Positions 31,281-41,558 are shown, counted from the first letter of the stretch. The stretch: DNA of 64,000 nt from an uncultured Acidobacteriota bacterium (GCA_964645975.1 CAZYAF010000005.1:98681-162680), one strand, 5' to 3'. Translations and numbers: made by a program. Notes: generated by a model not told the origin, from the sequence alone.

Positions 31281-32508
31281 TAAATATGTTCACATAGCCA
31301 ACAAGGGGAATAGCTCTTTTAGCTACATTATCTTTAATTAAGAGCGATATGAAATAATTACCAGGAATGAGAACTTTCCTCCCGAAAATATGGAGTGGTC
31401 TATTGCGGATTTTATTGAACTTTTCCTCATCCAAATCTATATCTACTTTGTGACTAATGGTATCAATTACTTCATCACTCTCATTCTTTATGTAACCTTC
31501 TATTGATAAATTTGAATAATACTTATCATTAAATTGCTCCATACCTAAATCTTCAGGTTGTATCCGGAAACCATAATCAATGAAGAAATCTCCGCTGGAG
31601 GCTTGCGACCAGTGGAATATTTTATTCAACGTAGTAGGTAAAAAGTTGTATTTTACCTCAACCATTGGACGGTTTGCCAGAATCCTCTCTGCATAACCAA
31701 TTGGTGCTTGATAATTTTTAGCATCCTCAATTTTAGCAAGTACCATCTCCGAAGCTAAGGGATTGGACTCCAGTCCTGCTCCTGCATAGCCTGGCTCGCT
31801 GGGTATAAGATTGAAACAAGCATGAGCCAATTCAGGATCAATTTCACGATATACATAATCATAGAGTTGTGCCATATTTTTTTTCATAATATCTGAAGTC
31901 ACGTGAAATAACCTCTGGATACCATGCATTGTAGGGGAATAAAGGCGGTATTCGCCCACACCTCGATCTTTAAAGAAAATGAGATAAAAGCTGGTAGGAA
32001 GCCCATATTTATCAACACTTATATAATGCCATAGCTCAGTAGGATATATATTAAAATCACCACTATGATCATGCTTAAAACGAGGTTCACCTAACAAAAT
32101 ATGTACTCTTCCTCGATCAGTCATCCATCCCGGCCTGGTGGTATCTCTACCATAGAATTTATTGGCATATTCGATCCTCTTATAATGCTCTTCTTTAAAT
32201 TCATTCTTGGGAGTACCCGGTGTTGGGTCGCGGGCTAACCAAAAATTAGTTATAAATTTACCTCTAAATTCATCCGATGGGAGTTGCCTAAAAATTGATT
32301 TCTCCTGGTCAGAGATAATATACACAACCTCTTCTTCAAGCCAGCGCTTATGCGTTTTGCTTAAAGGATGCAATTTATCCTTGGGAGAATCTTTCTTGTT
32401 TGCATTTGTACTTACATCATTACCTGTAAGATAGAATGAGAAATTCAGCAATAAAAAAGTAATAAGGAAAATCAAAATAAATTTCATGTGCTTCATAATA
32501 AGCTCCAT
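31207..32508 (-). CDS. GWxTD domain protein (N-terminal part; probably frameshifted)
   Basis: Signal peptide; WLEEEVVYII, FW..RDPTPGT..NEFKEEHY.RI.YAN, PGWMTDRGRVHILLGEP. Confidence 0.9.
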   Translation of the reverse strand: MELIMKHMKFILIFLITFLLLNFSFYLTGNDVSTNANKKDSPKDKLHPLSKTHKRWLEEEVVYIISDQEKSIFRQLPSDEFRGKFITNFWLARDPTPGTPKNEFKEEHYKRIEYANKFYGRDTTRPGWMTDRGRVHILLGEPRFKHDHSGDFNIYPTELWHYISVDKYGLPTSFYLIFFKDRGVGEYRLYSPTMHGIQRLFHVTSDIMKKNMAQLYDYVYREIDPELAHACFNLIPSEPGYAGAGLESNPLASEMVLAKIEDAKNYQAPIGYAERILANRPMVEVKYNFLPTTLNKIFHWSQASSGDFFIDYGFRIQPEDLGMEQFNDKYYSNLSIEGYIKNESDEVIDTISHKVDIDLDEEKFNKIRNRPLHIFGRKVLIPGNYFISLLIKDNVAKRAIPLVGYVNIFNEKKHNYPFFLSGTFRKCIRRYFW

Positions 32509-32562
32509 TTATGATGATCATGATAGGTTTGCCAATATACGTTTCTCTTACACATGGATTTT

Positions 32563-34140
32563 TCAGTTCTTTAGAATAAAAAGAATAGAACTTTCTGTCT
32601 GTTTTTTTGCCAAATTATCAATTATGGTCATTTTAAATTGATACTCTCCCGGAGGTTTTCCTTCGATTATGCATTGAAAATACAGCTCAAAACAGCCACC
32701 CTGCCCTTGCGTAGGTCTGCTCATTAATGAGATTTTCTGCAGCTTTTCAGAGTTACCCTGGAGATCAATAATCTCGAAATTCATGGTCGTTTGAGGTATC
32801 TTTGCCTCAGGGTGGAGCATAAGATTATACACCTTAAAGCAAAATTGTGCTGGTTGGTTTAATCTCAACTCGGGTAGGACAGCCGGTATAAATTCTTGAT
32901 TTTCTATGGTAAAGGGATAATTTACCGGAAGCCCTTGTCTTCTTGCTTCTGGCTTATTGGGGTCATATCCTCGAGACAAAATCCAATCCGTGTCGTTGTC
33001 CACAAATAGCGGTGAGGTCACGGCAAGCTCTTTACTCATGAAATCTGGCACATCAACTGAACATATTTTTGAGCCAATTTCTCCTGTATCATGTGACATA
33101 AGGAAAAGGGTACTTTGCCCTGTTTGTGCCTCATCGAACCTTCCAGCAGCCTTTTCTCCTCTTAAGCCGCCTATATCAATAGTCTGAATTATGCAATCAG
33201 AAGCAACAAACTCCTGCAGCATCTTTTCCATCCTTAACCTTATACCAGCATCACCAAAGCGTTTGTCACTATCTATGGTATGAAACTGCCCTCTGAGAAA
33301 AGCATCCGTATCCTTGTCCAGCTCTTTAAGAGTGCTTCCTGTTAGTATTTTGCCATCAAAGCCTTCGGAAAAATAGATTATGTTTTTCTTACCCCTGATT
33401 AAGTTGAGCGCTGCTCCCAATTTCTTAAGCTGGTTAATAAAGTTAGCTACATGTGATTTATAAGTTCTGGCATCTGTCTTTTTCATCGAAGCAAATAATG
33501 TAGCAAGGGTTGAGTTTAACTCTAATTGCAAATCAGATAATAGCTTGCCTCCATCAGACATAGTCGCCGATTCTAAAGTGTCCAACAAACTTTCAAAATT
33601 ATATCCATTTGGATCTGAAATGAGATGACCGGCTTTTATAAGACCTAAAGTGCTGATCACCTGCCTTAGTTGTCTTTTGTCGTTTGTAAAATTTACTAAA
33701 GGTTTAAAGCCTTGATAAGCTGAGAAGGTCCCAACGGCTATAAGGTCTGCAGAAAGAATTTGATTCTCTATGAAATTAAGGGCAGCCTTTCGTGCATTTA
33801 CAATTCCTTTGGCTGTAGCAAAGGTAAGATCGAAAAGAAGAAAAAAGTGTCTTCTATAAGCAGGAGAGCCGCGCTTAATTAAATCTACATGAAACTCATC
33901 ATGGACTACGTAATCAAAATGGCTTATCTCTTGTTGCTTACCCTTATCAAGAATGATAAAATCTTCCGCTTTAAGTCCTTCAACGAAGTTACCATCTTTA
34001 TCTACAACTGTAACCTGCAGGTTAACAAGATTTACTTTAGCTTTAAATTTATAAATCTGCTCTTTCTGCGCATACGTTGCCGAAGATATAAAAAGCATAA
34101 AAATTGCAATAAACGTTAATTTACCGTGCCGGCTTTTCAT
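32563..34140 (-). CDS. Acidobacterial-type VWA domain protein (apparent internal in-frame deletion)
   Basis: Signal peptide; VNLVNLQVTVVDKDG..V.GL..EDF, RRHFFLLFD, GKKNIIYFSEGF; jumps from HDTG directly to EIGS..VDVPDF. Confidence 0.8.
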   Translation of the reverse strand: MKSRHGKLTFIAIFMLFISSATYAQKEQIYKFKAKVNLVNLQVTVVDKDGNFVEGLKAEDFIILDKGKQQEISHFDYVVHDEFHVDLIKRGSPAYRRHFFLLFDLTFATAKGIVNARKAALNFIENQILSADLIAVGTFSAYQGFKPLVNFTNDKRQLRQVISTLGLIKAGHLISDPNGYNFESLLDTLESATMSDGGKLLSDLQLELNSTLATLFASMKKTDARTYKSHVANFINQLKKLGAALNLIRGKKNIIYFSEGFDGKILTGSTLKELDKDTDAFLRGQFHTIDSDKRFGDAGIRLRMEKMLQEFVASDCIIQTIDIGGLRGEKAAGRFDEAQTGQSTLFLMSHDTGEIGSKICSVDVPDFMSKELAVTSPLFVDNDTDWILSRGYDPNKPEARRQGLPVNYPFTIENQEFIPAVLPELRLNQPAQFCFKVYNLMLHPEAKIPQTTMNFEIIDLQGNSEKLQKISLMSRPTQGQGGCFELYFQCIIEGKPPGEYQFKMTIIDNLAKKQTESSILFILKN

Positions 34141-34170
34141 AAATATCCCTCCTAAATAATTTAATAAATC

Positions 34171-34785
34171 CTATTGCTGTTCAATATTATTTAAGAATTC
34201 TTTCGCAATCTCTGCATTAGGCGAATCCGGTGCTATTTCAATAAATTTAGCCAAATTTAATTTTGCCTTTTCCACGTCTCCCTTGTTCAAGTAAGCCAAC
34301 CCTAATTTGAAGTATGCATCAGCAAATTCTGCATTGAGCTCTATCGCACGAGCAAAAAATATTATAGCTTCATCTGTTTGCCCTATACTAAAATAGCTCT
34401 CACCAAAGTTATAGCACATTGCCGGATCTGTTATCTGATTTATATCCAGTTTTTGCGGAAAGGGTAAAGCTTTTTCATGGTCACCCTTTAATCTGTGAGC
34501 GTCAGCCAGGCTCAAATTAACATCAAAAGAATCCTGGTTATTCTTCCAGAATTCCTCATATGCAGCAATAGCCTTATCCATTTCATCCAGTGCTTTGTAG
34601 CAGTTACCAATATAAAGATTAACTTTATCAAGTTCCGGGTGTTCACTAAGAGCTTTTTCAAACTCCTTCAAGGCAGCAGCATAATCTTTCTGAGAATAAT
34701 AATCATTACCCTTCGCCAATATCTTCTTCATCTCTTTTGCTTCTTCCGGTGAAAGCACACTCTCTTCTGATTCTTTCAGTTTACA
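34171..34785 (-). pseudogene. TPR protein, 5'-truncated at the IS end
   Basis: TPR repeats ending IAPDSPNAEIAK; frame stays open (KLKESEESVLSPEE) up to the IS terminus at ~34788; no signal peptide or SD. Confidence 0.65.
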
Positions 34786-34787
34786 TA

Positions 34788-35320
34788 GGGTCTGCTGAAA
34801 AATGATTTAGTTTCTCTTTCTAGACAATTTATTTTTTAAAGCCGTGAGTTATTCTTTTTTGTGGCTATTATTTTATATCATTTGTCTTATCTCTTACGAT
34901 CTCTTGGCTGCTGTTTTCAGGTTCATTGCCAGTATGCCTGCTCTTATCCACATCTCTGAGCCGTTCTTAATGGAATATCGCACTCTATCCAACCCATAAT
35001 GTTGCTTACCGTTACCAAAGCTTCCTTCTATCCGGTTGCGCTCCTTCTGTTTGCGCTTGAACCAGCGCTCATCCTTATGCTCCAGCTTTGCCTTGCGCCC
35101 TAAGGGCTTGAAGCAAGGCCGAACTCCATATTCCTCCAACAGCCTGCGGTTATCTCGTGTTCCATACTTCCTGTCAGCGGTAAAATAAGGGGGCAGCTTG
35201 CCAAATCTTTCCTCATAGGCTTTAAGCTGCTGCTCGGCTAACTCAGCCTCGGAAAAGGCTTCATGCTGGAAATAATCTAAAAACAAAAACTTACCCACCT
35301 GCGCCCGTGCCCCTTTACCA
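34788..35320 (-). mobile_element. IS5-family remnant (3' part of transposase and one terminal inverted repeat)
   Basis: ORF 34894-35298 has ADRKYGTRDNR and ERNRIEGSFGNGKQHYGL (DDE C-terminal half); putative terminus GGGTCTGCTGAAAAA at 34788-34802; N-terminal half missing. Confidence 0.85.
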
Positions 35321-36078
35321 CCATTGTTCCCGGAACCGATGTTTACGACGATGTGCAGTTGACCTTTTATGCGTTATCAAATGATGCTCCGGATATCTAC
35401 TTCCGTTTCCGTGGTTATAACGAGTCAGACCTCTATCGAAAATATCAAGCTCTGGAATTTACCTTTAATAAACGGATGTCCAATCGCTGGCAGTTAACCG
35501 GATCAATAGTATTCAGCAAGGCTTATGGTAATGTCGGAGGATTCTATAATCAATCCTGGGGTTGGTCCGCAGCAGAGGACGATGCCAATGCATGGGTCAA
35601 TGCTGATGGAAGACTCAATATAGACCGACCATTCGCTATTAAGCTGATGGGTACTTATGAGCTGCCCAAAGGATTCCTGCTCAGCGGATTCTTCCGCCAT
35701 CAAAGCGGTCAGGCTCAGTTCAGACAGGGCTATATGGCACCTCCAGGAGATTGGTGTGCAGCTAATAATGCTCTGCAAGACTACTACTTCGTTAATATCG
35801 AACCACTGGGATACATCAGGAGAAGATCCGAGGATTATTTAGACCTGCGATTGGAGAAGCAATTCAATTTAAGCGGCAGAAAGAGACTGGGTGTCTATAT
35901 TGATGCCTTTAATGTGTTAGGCTGGGCTAATATAATCGCGGTAGAAGATGATGTTTACATCTGGTATCCGGCAGCAGAGAATACTACAGAAGGATCTAAA
36001 TCAATAGGTACTTAGGGAGACATTACCAACACGCAGGGAATTCGAGTTATCAAGTTCAGCTTCCGCTTTCTTTTTTAA
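35311..36078 (+). pseudogene. TonB-dependent receptor C-terminal fragment with premature amber stop
   Basis: RKYQALEFTFNKRMSNRWQL.GS, LDLRLEK.F, DAFNVL; TAG 36013-36015 followed in frame by GDITNTQGIRVIKFSFRFLF* (C-terminal Phe beta-signal); N-terminus absent. Confidence 0.8.
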
Positions 36079-36104
36079 TATACAAGATGCCTAAGCATAT
36101 ATAT

Positions 36105-36137
36105 AGGGAGGAGAAAAATCTCCTCCCTCTTTTTTTT
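36105..36137 (+). terminator. Rho-independent terminator
   Basis: AGGGAGGAGA-AAAA-TCTCCTCCCT followed by a T-tract. Confidence 0.85.
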
Positions 36138-36322
36138 CTGCGGATAGGTGACCTGCTTCATAATTGAGCTTAAAAGGTTTTTTTTGCTTATTGAAGAAAT
36201 AGCATAGATATTTTATAGGTGAATAGTTCTCTACTGTGCTGGGAATTTCAACTACTTAGAATTCCTCATCTGCCCTATTGTGTTACCCAATGAGGAGAAA
36301 CTTATTGCTTATAAATATAAAT

Positions 36323-36351
36323 GAGGCTCCATCAATGGAAGATGGAGCCTC
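36323..36351 (-). terminator. Hairpin terminator after the M24 peptidase
   Basis: GAGGCTCCATC-N7-GATGGAGCCTC, AT-rich tail on the minus strand. Confidence 0.65.
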
Positions 36352-36379
36352 TTATAATTTTTTCTATGCTGGCATTAAA

Positions 36380-37741
36380 TTAATGGATAATATGGAATTC
36401 TGTTTGCCTGCCGTCGATATAAAATACCCCATCGTGGGTGAAAACGGCATCCTGTTCCAGGGCGATGCGAATCTCCTGTCCATTCCATTCGGGTAGCTCG
36501 GTCTTGATATTGAGCTCAATGGCGTAGCAGGTATCGTAGAATAGGGGATAATCACCCTGACCCGGCACTCCTTCCTGGTTATCCCAGAGACCAATGGTTG
36601 GACCAGCAGCATGCCCATGAAAACCCAGAGGATGGGAATAGATGCTGGCTTTAATCCCCTCTTCCTTGGCTTTCTTCAACGATGCAAGCAGAATTTCATT
36701 GCCGGTTCTGCCCTCTTTGAATTCTCCGGTCAAAATATCCTGACAACGGTTGCCTATCTTAAAAGCTTTCTTTAATCCTTCAGGCACATCTGTCTCCCCC
36801 TGACGCAGCACATAAGCATGCTCCTGGGTGTCGGTATTGAGCCGTAGATATGTGATGCCGATATCACAGTGGAGCAAGTCTCCTCTATGAATGATACCTT
36901 CGCTTATATCTTCGAAAATAACACTCTTACCTTTCTCCTGTTCGCCTTCTTCCTTGGCTTTCATGCGCTGGATGGAAATTGAAGGATTAAACCAGGAAAG
37001 CAGCCCCAGATTCCGCATCTTCTGAGCTATCCACCACTGTACTTGCTGTGTGGTGGTAACTCCGGGAGTTATGACTTCGTTTGAAAAGGCTTCTTTTATG
37101 ATAGTGTGAGCAATGCGAACGATATGGTGATAGGTTTCCATTTCTTCCGGCACCCGGGTTTCCAGCCAGCCTACAGCTAATCTTTCAGCGGAATGGAGCC
37201 GAGCTGTGTATTCAGTACCTATAGCTTCAACCAGTTTCTTTTTGTGCGAGGCAGAGAGCCCATCACCGAAAGCGAAGAGGTCGGATTCATTTATGCCAAT
37301 TTTCTTTGGGTCTCGCTCCTTCACTACTTTTCCCAGGCACTTCCATTGGTCCATCTCCTTCGGATCCCAGACCACTTTGTAGAAATCACCAATTCCATAA
37401 CGACTTACGCTTAATCTCTCCAATCCTTCCTTTTCGCCTCTATCGTAAAATACCAGGATGGTAAGACGTCGGGCAGCGTAGCTGGTGGCAGTTGCTAAGC
37501 TGTAGTATACCGGGTCTTCATTATACTCCCGGCAAATGATTATCCACATGTCGAAACCTTCTCGTCTCATTAGCTTCGGCAGAAGTGTTTCTATTCTGAC
37601 CTTGGTCCAGTGGTTAATTACCTTGGCACGTTCCTTCAGCGACAGGATTGAAGGGTAATCATCCTCAGCTAAGGATACTGCGGAAGCTATTAAGAGAGAG
37701 AGGAGTATTATTGCTAATAATTTCTTATTTCTTATCATCAT
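36380..37741 (-). CDS. Exported M24 family (Xaa-Pro aminopeptidase-like) metallopeptidase
   Basis: Signal peptide; REYNEDPV, GDLLHCD.G...L.TD.Q, HPLG.HGH.AGP, IEL, LEQD. Confidence 0.88.
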   Translation of the reverse strand: MMIRNKKLLAIILLSLLIASAVSLAEDDYPSILSLKERAKVINHWTKVRIETLLPKLMRREGFDMWIIICREYNEDPVYYSLATATSYAARRLTILVFYDRGEKEGLERLSVSRYGIGDFYKVVWDPKEMDQWKCLGKVVKERDPKKIGINESDLFAFGDGLSASHKKKLVEAIGTEYTARLHSAERLAVGWLETRVPEEMETYHHIVRIAHTIIKEAFSNEVITPGVTTTQQVQWWIAQKMRNLGLLSWFNPSISIQRMKAKEEGEQEKGKSVIFEDISEGIIHRGDLLHCDIGITYLRLNTDTQEHAYVLRQGETDVPEGLKKAFKIGNRCQDILTGEFKEGRTGNEILLASLKKAKEEGIKASIYSHPLGFHGHAAGPTIGLWDNQEGVPGQGDYPLFYDTCYAIELNIKTELPEWNGQEIRIALEQDAVFTHDGVFYIDGRQTEFHIIH

Positions 37742-37936
37742 AACCCTCCGTTTATTAATACTATTATTATCTCATTTAGCATAACAAGATTCCCATGATT
37801 AAGTCAATAAGTTTAAGATAAGGAAGATGTCGTTTTCAACTTCACAAAGCTTGACAATATAGAAGCTTCTCTGATACTATTATTTTCTACAGTCACAATA
37901 TTATTGTATTAATATTTTTGTAAGGAGGGAACCTAA

Positions 37937-38746
37937 ATGGCATCGGCAGTAAATATCTTGGGACAATGTGTTTTCATTATACTTTACCTTTTTATCTTGT
38001 TTTATTTTTTACTGAACAGAAAAGCCTACAGCTTTGTTAGGGGAGTTTTTATTACGTCATGTTTGTTTATCATCATATCCAATATAATAATGATATTGGG
38101 ATATATGTTGGATATAGAAGCTATTAGAAATATTTTTTACTATGATGGACCTCTCGCATTTGTTCATCATTATTTGGGATCAATGGGTTATTTCTTATTA
38201 GCTTTTGGGATTACACTTCTTATTGATAAAGAACGGAAAAGCGAGGAACAGCCAGAATCAAGTTTTCCAGCTTTAGAGGGTAAAAGAAGAAATATCGGTA
38301 TTTCATTGCTGTTGTTTTTTATAACTTTAGGAATTTATGCTTTTTTTTGGATTTATAGAACAGTTAAAGATCTGAAGACTAATTTTGAATCTGATATCCC
38401 TTATACTCCCGGAAAAGCTGTGGGATTTCTATTTATCCCAGTTTTTAATATCTTTTGGGCTTTCTATCTTCTTTTTTCATTGGCTTTAAAAATAAAACGA
38501 ATTGAGGATAAACATTTTGGTAAAGTTGTAGGTTTTAATTTTCATCCGTTTTTAATCATAATATTATTTCTGATATTCTTTGCTACTTTGGCTATTCAGC
38601 AGTACGGAATTGATCAAACAAACATTACCCAGCTCTTACATCCTTTGATATTCTCCTTGACTTCTATTTGGTTTCTCTGGCTCACTCTTCAAGCGAAGTT
38701 GAATGCTTTTTTCGATTTTAGCAGGCAGAGCGAGCAAAATATGTAA
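37937..38746 (+). CDS. Membrane protein with DUF4234-like domain
   Basis: Multiple TM helices; LLLFFITLGIY..FW.Y, FLFIPVFNIFW, LQAKLN. Confidence 0.65.
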   Translation: MASAVNILGQCVFIILYLFILFYFLLNRKAYSFVRGVFITSCLFIIISNIIMILGYMLDIEAIRNIFYYDGPLAFVHHYLGSMGYFLLAFGITLLIDKERKSEEQPESSFPALEGKRRNIGISLLLFFITLGIYAFFWIYRTVKDLKTNFESDIPYTPGKAVGFLFIPVFNIFWAFYLLFSLALKIKRIEDKHFGKVVGFNFHPFLIIILFLIFFATLAIQQYGIDQTNITQLLHPLIFSLTSIWFLWLTLQAKLNAFFDFSRQSEQNM

Positions 38747-38909
38747 TTGTTTGATTATTTTCTAAAAGAGGATAAATCAATTCTGTGCCTGAAAATTTAA
38801 ACAGCACGTGAATCTCTGTAATATCTCAACAAAACAGTTTGTTGAAATTAACACTCATTATTGATGTTAAATGTGCTTAGAGTGCTGCAGAAGAATTAAT
38901 ACTATAATA

Positions 38910-40544
38910 TTACCACTTCTTCATGATTTCGCCGAAGCATTCCAGGCCGCTCCAGAGAACCCCGCCATAGCCATGACCGGGGCTGGTCCAGGCTCCCGAG
39001 AGATATAGGTTTTTAATTGGTGTTGCATGCGGTAGACGGTTAGGACCAGAATTGTTCAGTGTCTGGTCCCATCCATAAATGGCACCTCGATAATTGCCAG
39101 TGTAGCGAGCATGTGTTAAAGGAGTACCGATTTCCTTTAGCTCAATTGCTTTTGAAAGTCCCGGGAGAAGTACTTCTTCTGTTCTTTTTATTAAAATGTC
39201 AGCCATACGCTCTTTTTCAGCCTTATATTCTGCTTTTTTGCCTTTATGGTAGTCAGCTTCATATTTCTCCCAGTGTTTATATCCCTGGAGCACGATAATA
39301 TTGAGGGTGTTTTTTCCCTTCGGCGAATAGCCCTTATAAATATTATCGTAGAGCGTAACACCTAAACCGCTATTTTCTAAATCAGCATTAAGAATTGCTT
39401 TATACTCTCCTTCGATATCATACCCGGTGGCGTAAAATATCTCAGAATCTTTAATCCCCAGCTCTCCTATCAAATCCTTTTTTAATCCCAGAAACACCTG
39501 GAAAGCTGAGAGACTAACAGAATAGTTATCCATCCTGGCCAGATATTCTTTTAGATAATCATCTTCATGCATCATAATATTGAACGTATCGTAAGCATTG
39601 GCGTTTGAAACTACTACCTTCCCTTTATATTGTCTTCCATCAGCAGCTTCAACTCCATAAACAATATGATCCTTGATGAGTATCTTTTCCACTTTGGCAC
39701 TCAATTTTACCTCACCACCGTGGTCTATTATAAATTTCATCAGAGCATTGCTTATAGTTTGCGACCTTCCTTTAGGGTAATAGCCCCCTTCTTGCAGATA
39801 TCCTATGGTGGGCATGGCATAATAAAAACTGGCAAGCTTGGACGGTGGCAATCCAAAATAACCCCAGAGAGTGGAGATTATGGCTTTTAATTTCGGATTT
39901 TTTATTCTGGTGTCCATCATATCGCCCCAGGTGCTATTGTAGCATTTGAAGAGATAAGGAAAATCCACAGGAAAACGGCTCATATCAACCTGGCCACGAG
40001 GGCGCGACAATTTGCTTATATCATCGCCCACACCCTTCATATCCTGAAATAGTCCCTCAATACCAGCTTTCTCCTCTGGAAAATATCCTATAAGCATAGT
40101 GATATAACCCATTAAATCTTTCTGCGGCACACGATAATCGTAATCTGGATAAATTGCCCTATAGAGATTGGGATGAGGAACAAATTCAACATCCTTTATC
40201 TCTGGAAACCCAGGTATGAGGTTGTATATTCCCTCTCGTTCTCCGACCGTCGTGGAGTGCAAAGAAACATCGAAGGTATAACCACCCGGTCGCTGAAATG
40301 TTGTGGCGTATCCACCTGGTTTGAAGTGCTGCTCTAACACTAAAGGTTTAAATCCCTGTCTGGCAAAAGCAGCAGCACAGCTAAGTCCACCCAAACCAGA
40401 GCCAATGATCACAGCATCATAATCTGTTTTATCTGATTTATCTCGAGAACCAACTGGAAAACTGTTCCAATCAAGGGTTACCAAGGGGATACCTGCAAGC
40501 AAGGATTTTATAAAATCTCTTCTTTCCATTTTTTTATCAGACAT
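38910..40544 (-). CDS. FAD-dependent oxidoreductase, phytoene desaturase/retinol saturase family, with Tat-like signal
   Basis: ERRDFIK; IIGSGLGGL, EQH.KPGGY, TP.T..RYTGN..GAIYG, LYLSGAWT.PG.GYGG. Confidence 0.85.
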   Translation of the reverse strand: MSDKKMERRDFIKSLLAGIPLVTLDWNSFPVGSRDKSDKTDYDAVIIGSGLGGLSCAAAFARQGFKPLVLEQHFKPGGYATTFQRPGGYTFDVSLHSTTVGEREGIYNLIPGFPEIKDVEFVPHPNLYRAIYPDYDYRVPQKDLMGYITMLIGYFPEEKAGIEGLFQDMKGVGDDISKLSRPRGQVDMSRFPVDFPYLFKCYNSTWGDMMDTRIKNPKLKAIISTLWGYFGLPPSKLASFYYAMPTIGYLQEGGYYPKGRSQTISNALMKFIIDHGGEVKLSAKVEKILIKDHIVYGVEAADGRQYKGKVVVSNANAYDTFNIMMHEDDYLKEYLARMDNYSVSLSAFQVFLGLKKDLIGELGIKDSEIFYATGYDIEGEYKAILNADLENSGLGVTLYDNIYKGYSPKGKNTLNIIVLQGYKHWEKYEADYHKGKKAEYKAEKERMADILIKRTEEVLLPGLSKAIELKEIGTPLTHARYTGNYRGAIYGWDQTLNNSGPNRLPHATPIKNLYLSGAWTSPGHGYGGVLWSGLECFGEIMKKW

Positions 40545-41122
40545 TTTAGCTCTCCTTTTTAAACGATACTTTTTCTCTTTGCTAATACTATAAACGAATT
40601 TCTATCTTAAAGGTTCTCTTTATAACTATCTTAACAGACAAATAGAGCTATTTCTATAAGGAAAAATATCTTCTTATAAAAATAATCCAATTGTACATTT
40701 CAGAAAATTTTGAATAAAAAATACCCCTTCTACAAGAAGAGGTAAATCAAATTCAATTATTTTTGTAAATAAAATTAAGAAAAAATGGTGCAGAAGTTAG
40801 GATACCAAATTATTCATTTCTGCAACGTACTAAAATACAGGAAGATGCATTCTAACTATTCGAAGATACAATTTTTTTTATGGTGTTTCTTTTATTCTTA
40901 TTTTTTATATTTATTAGTTTGAAGTGACAATTAAATAGTCACAAATTAAGTTAAAATGCTTTTAGGTTTTTCAGAAGACTTCAGATTTATAAATGGAGCT
41001 TCCCTTTTCACTGTGATGAAAAATGTGCTCTATAATATTTTAACTTATTGGGATTTACACAAAAATATTGAATGACTTCGAATTTAAATATAAAGATAAA
41101 GGCACATAAGTTTATTATCTGC

Positions 41123-41548
41123 TCAGAGAAACACTTCCTCTTTTAAAGGGCTGGGACCTATCTTTTTTATTTCTTTAGTATATTCCTCGATTATTGCTGC
41201 AAATGCTGGTCCCTCAGAAGCAGCTATCCATTTTAGTTTGATCCTTTCTCCTTCTAAGCCAAGACTTTCGAAAACCTTTTTGACCAGTGCAAACCTTCTC
41301 CGTGCTAAATAATTTCCTCTATTATAATGACAATCACCAGGATGGCAACCGCCAATCATAACTGCATCTGCACCCTTTAAAAAGGATAGTAAAACAAAGA
41401 GGGGGTCAACTCTACCGGAGCACATAACCCTCACAGTCCTGAGAGAAGGTGGCATTTGTAATCTGCTTACTCCTGCTAAGTCTGCACCGGCATAGGAGCA
41501 CCAATTGCATAAAAACCCTAAAATCTTTGGAGTAAATTCTTCTTTCAT
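41123..41548 (-). CDS. mvhD: MvhD/FlpD 2Fe-2S hydrogenase delta-type subunit
   Basis: FLCNWCSYAGADLAG, VMCSGRVDP, GADAV..GGCHPGDCHY..GN, WIAASEG. Confidence 0.92.
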   Translation of the reverse strand: MKEEFTPKILGFLCNWCSYAGADLAGVSRLQMPPSLRTVRVMCSGRVDPLFVLLSFLKGADAVMIGGCHPGDCHYNRGNYLARRRFALVKKVFESLGLEGERIKLKWIAASEGPAFAAIIEEYTKEIKKIGPSPLKEEVFL

Positions 41549-41558
41549 TTTTTTTCCC

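Noticed and set aside
36013-36015. In-frame TAG in the TonB receptor as pyrrolysine or readthrough
   Set aside because: The gene is already 5'-truncated, TAG terminates other genes (hutI, tpiA), and a TAY-to-TAG mutation is simpler.
40924-40942. GTGAC-N9-GTCAC palindrome resembling the one upstream of the propeller gene
   Set aside because: Different spacing, only 5-bp arms and no associated sigma54 motif found; could be chance.
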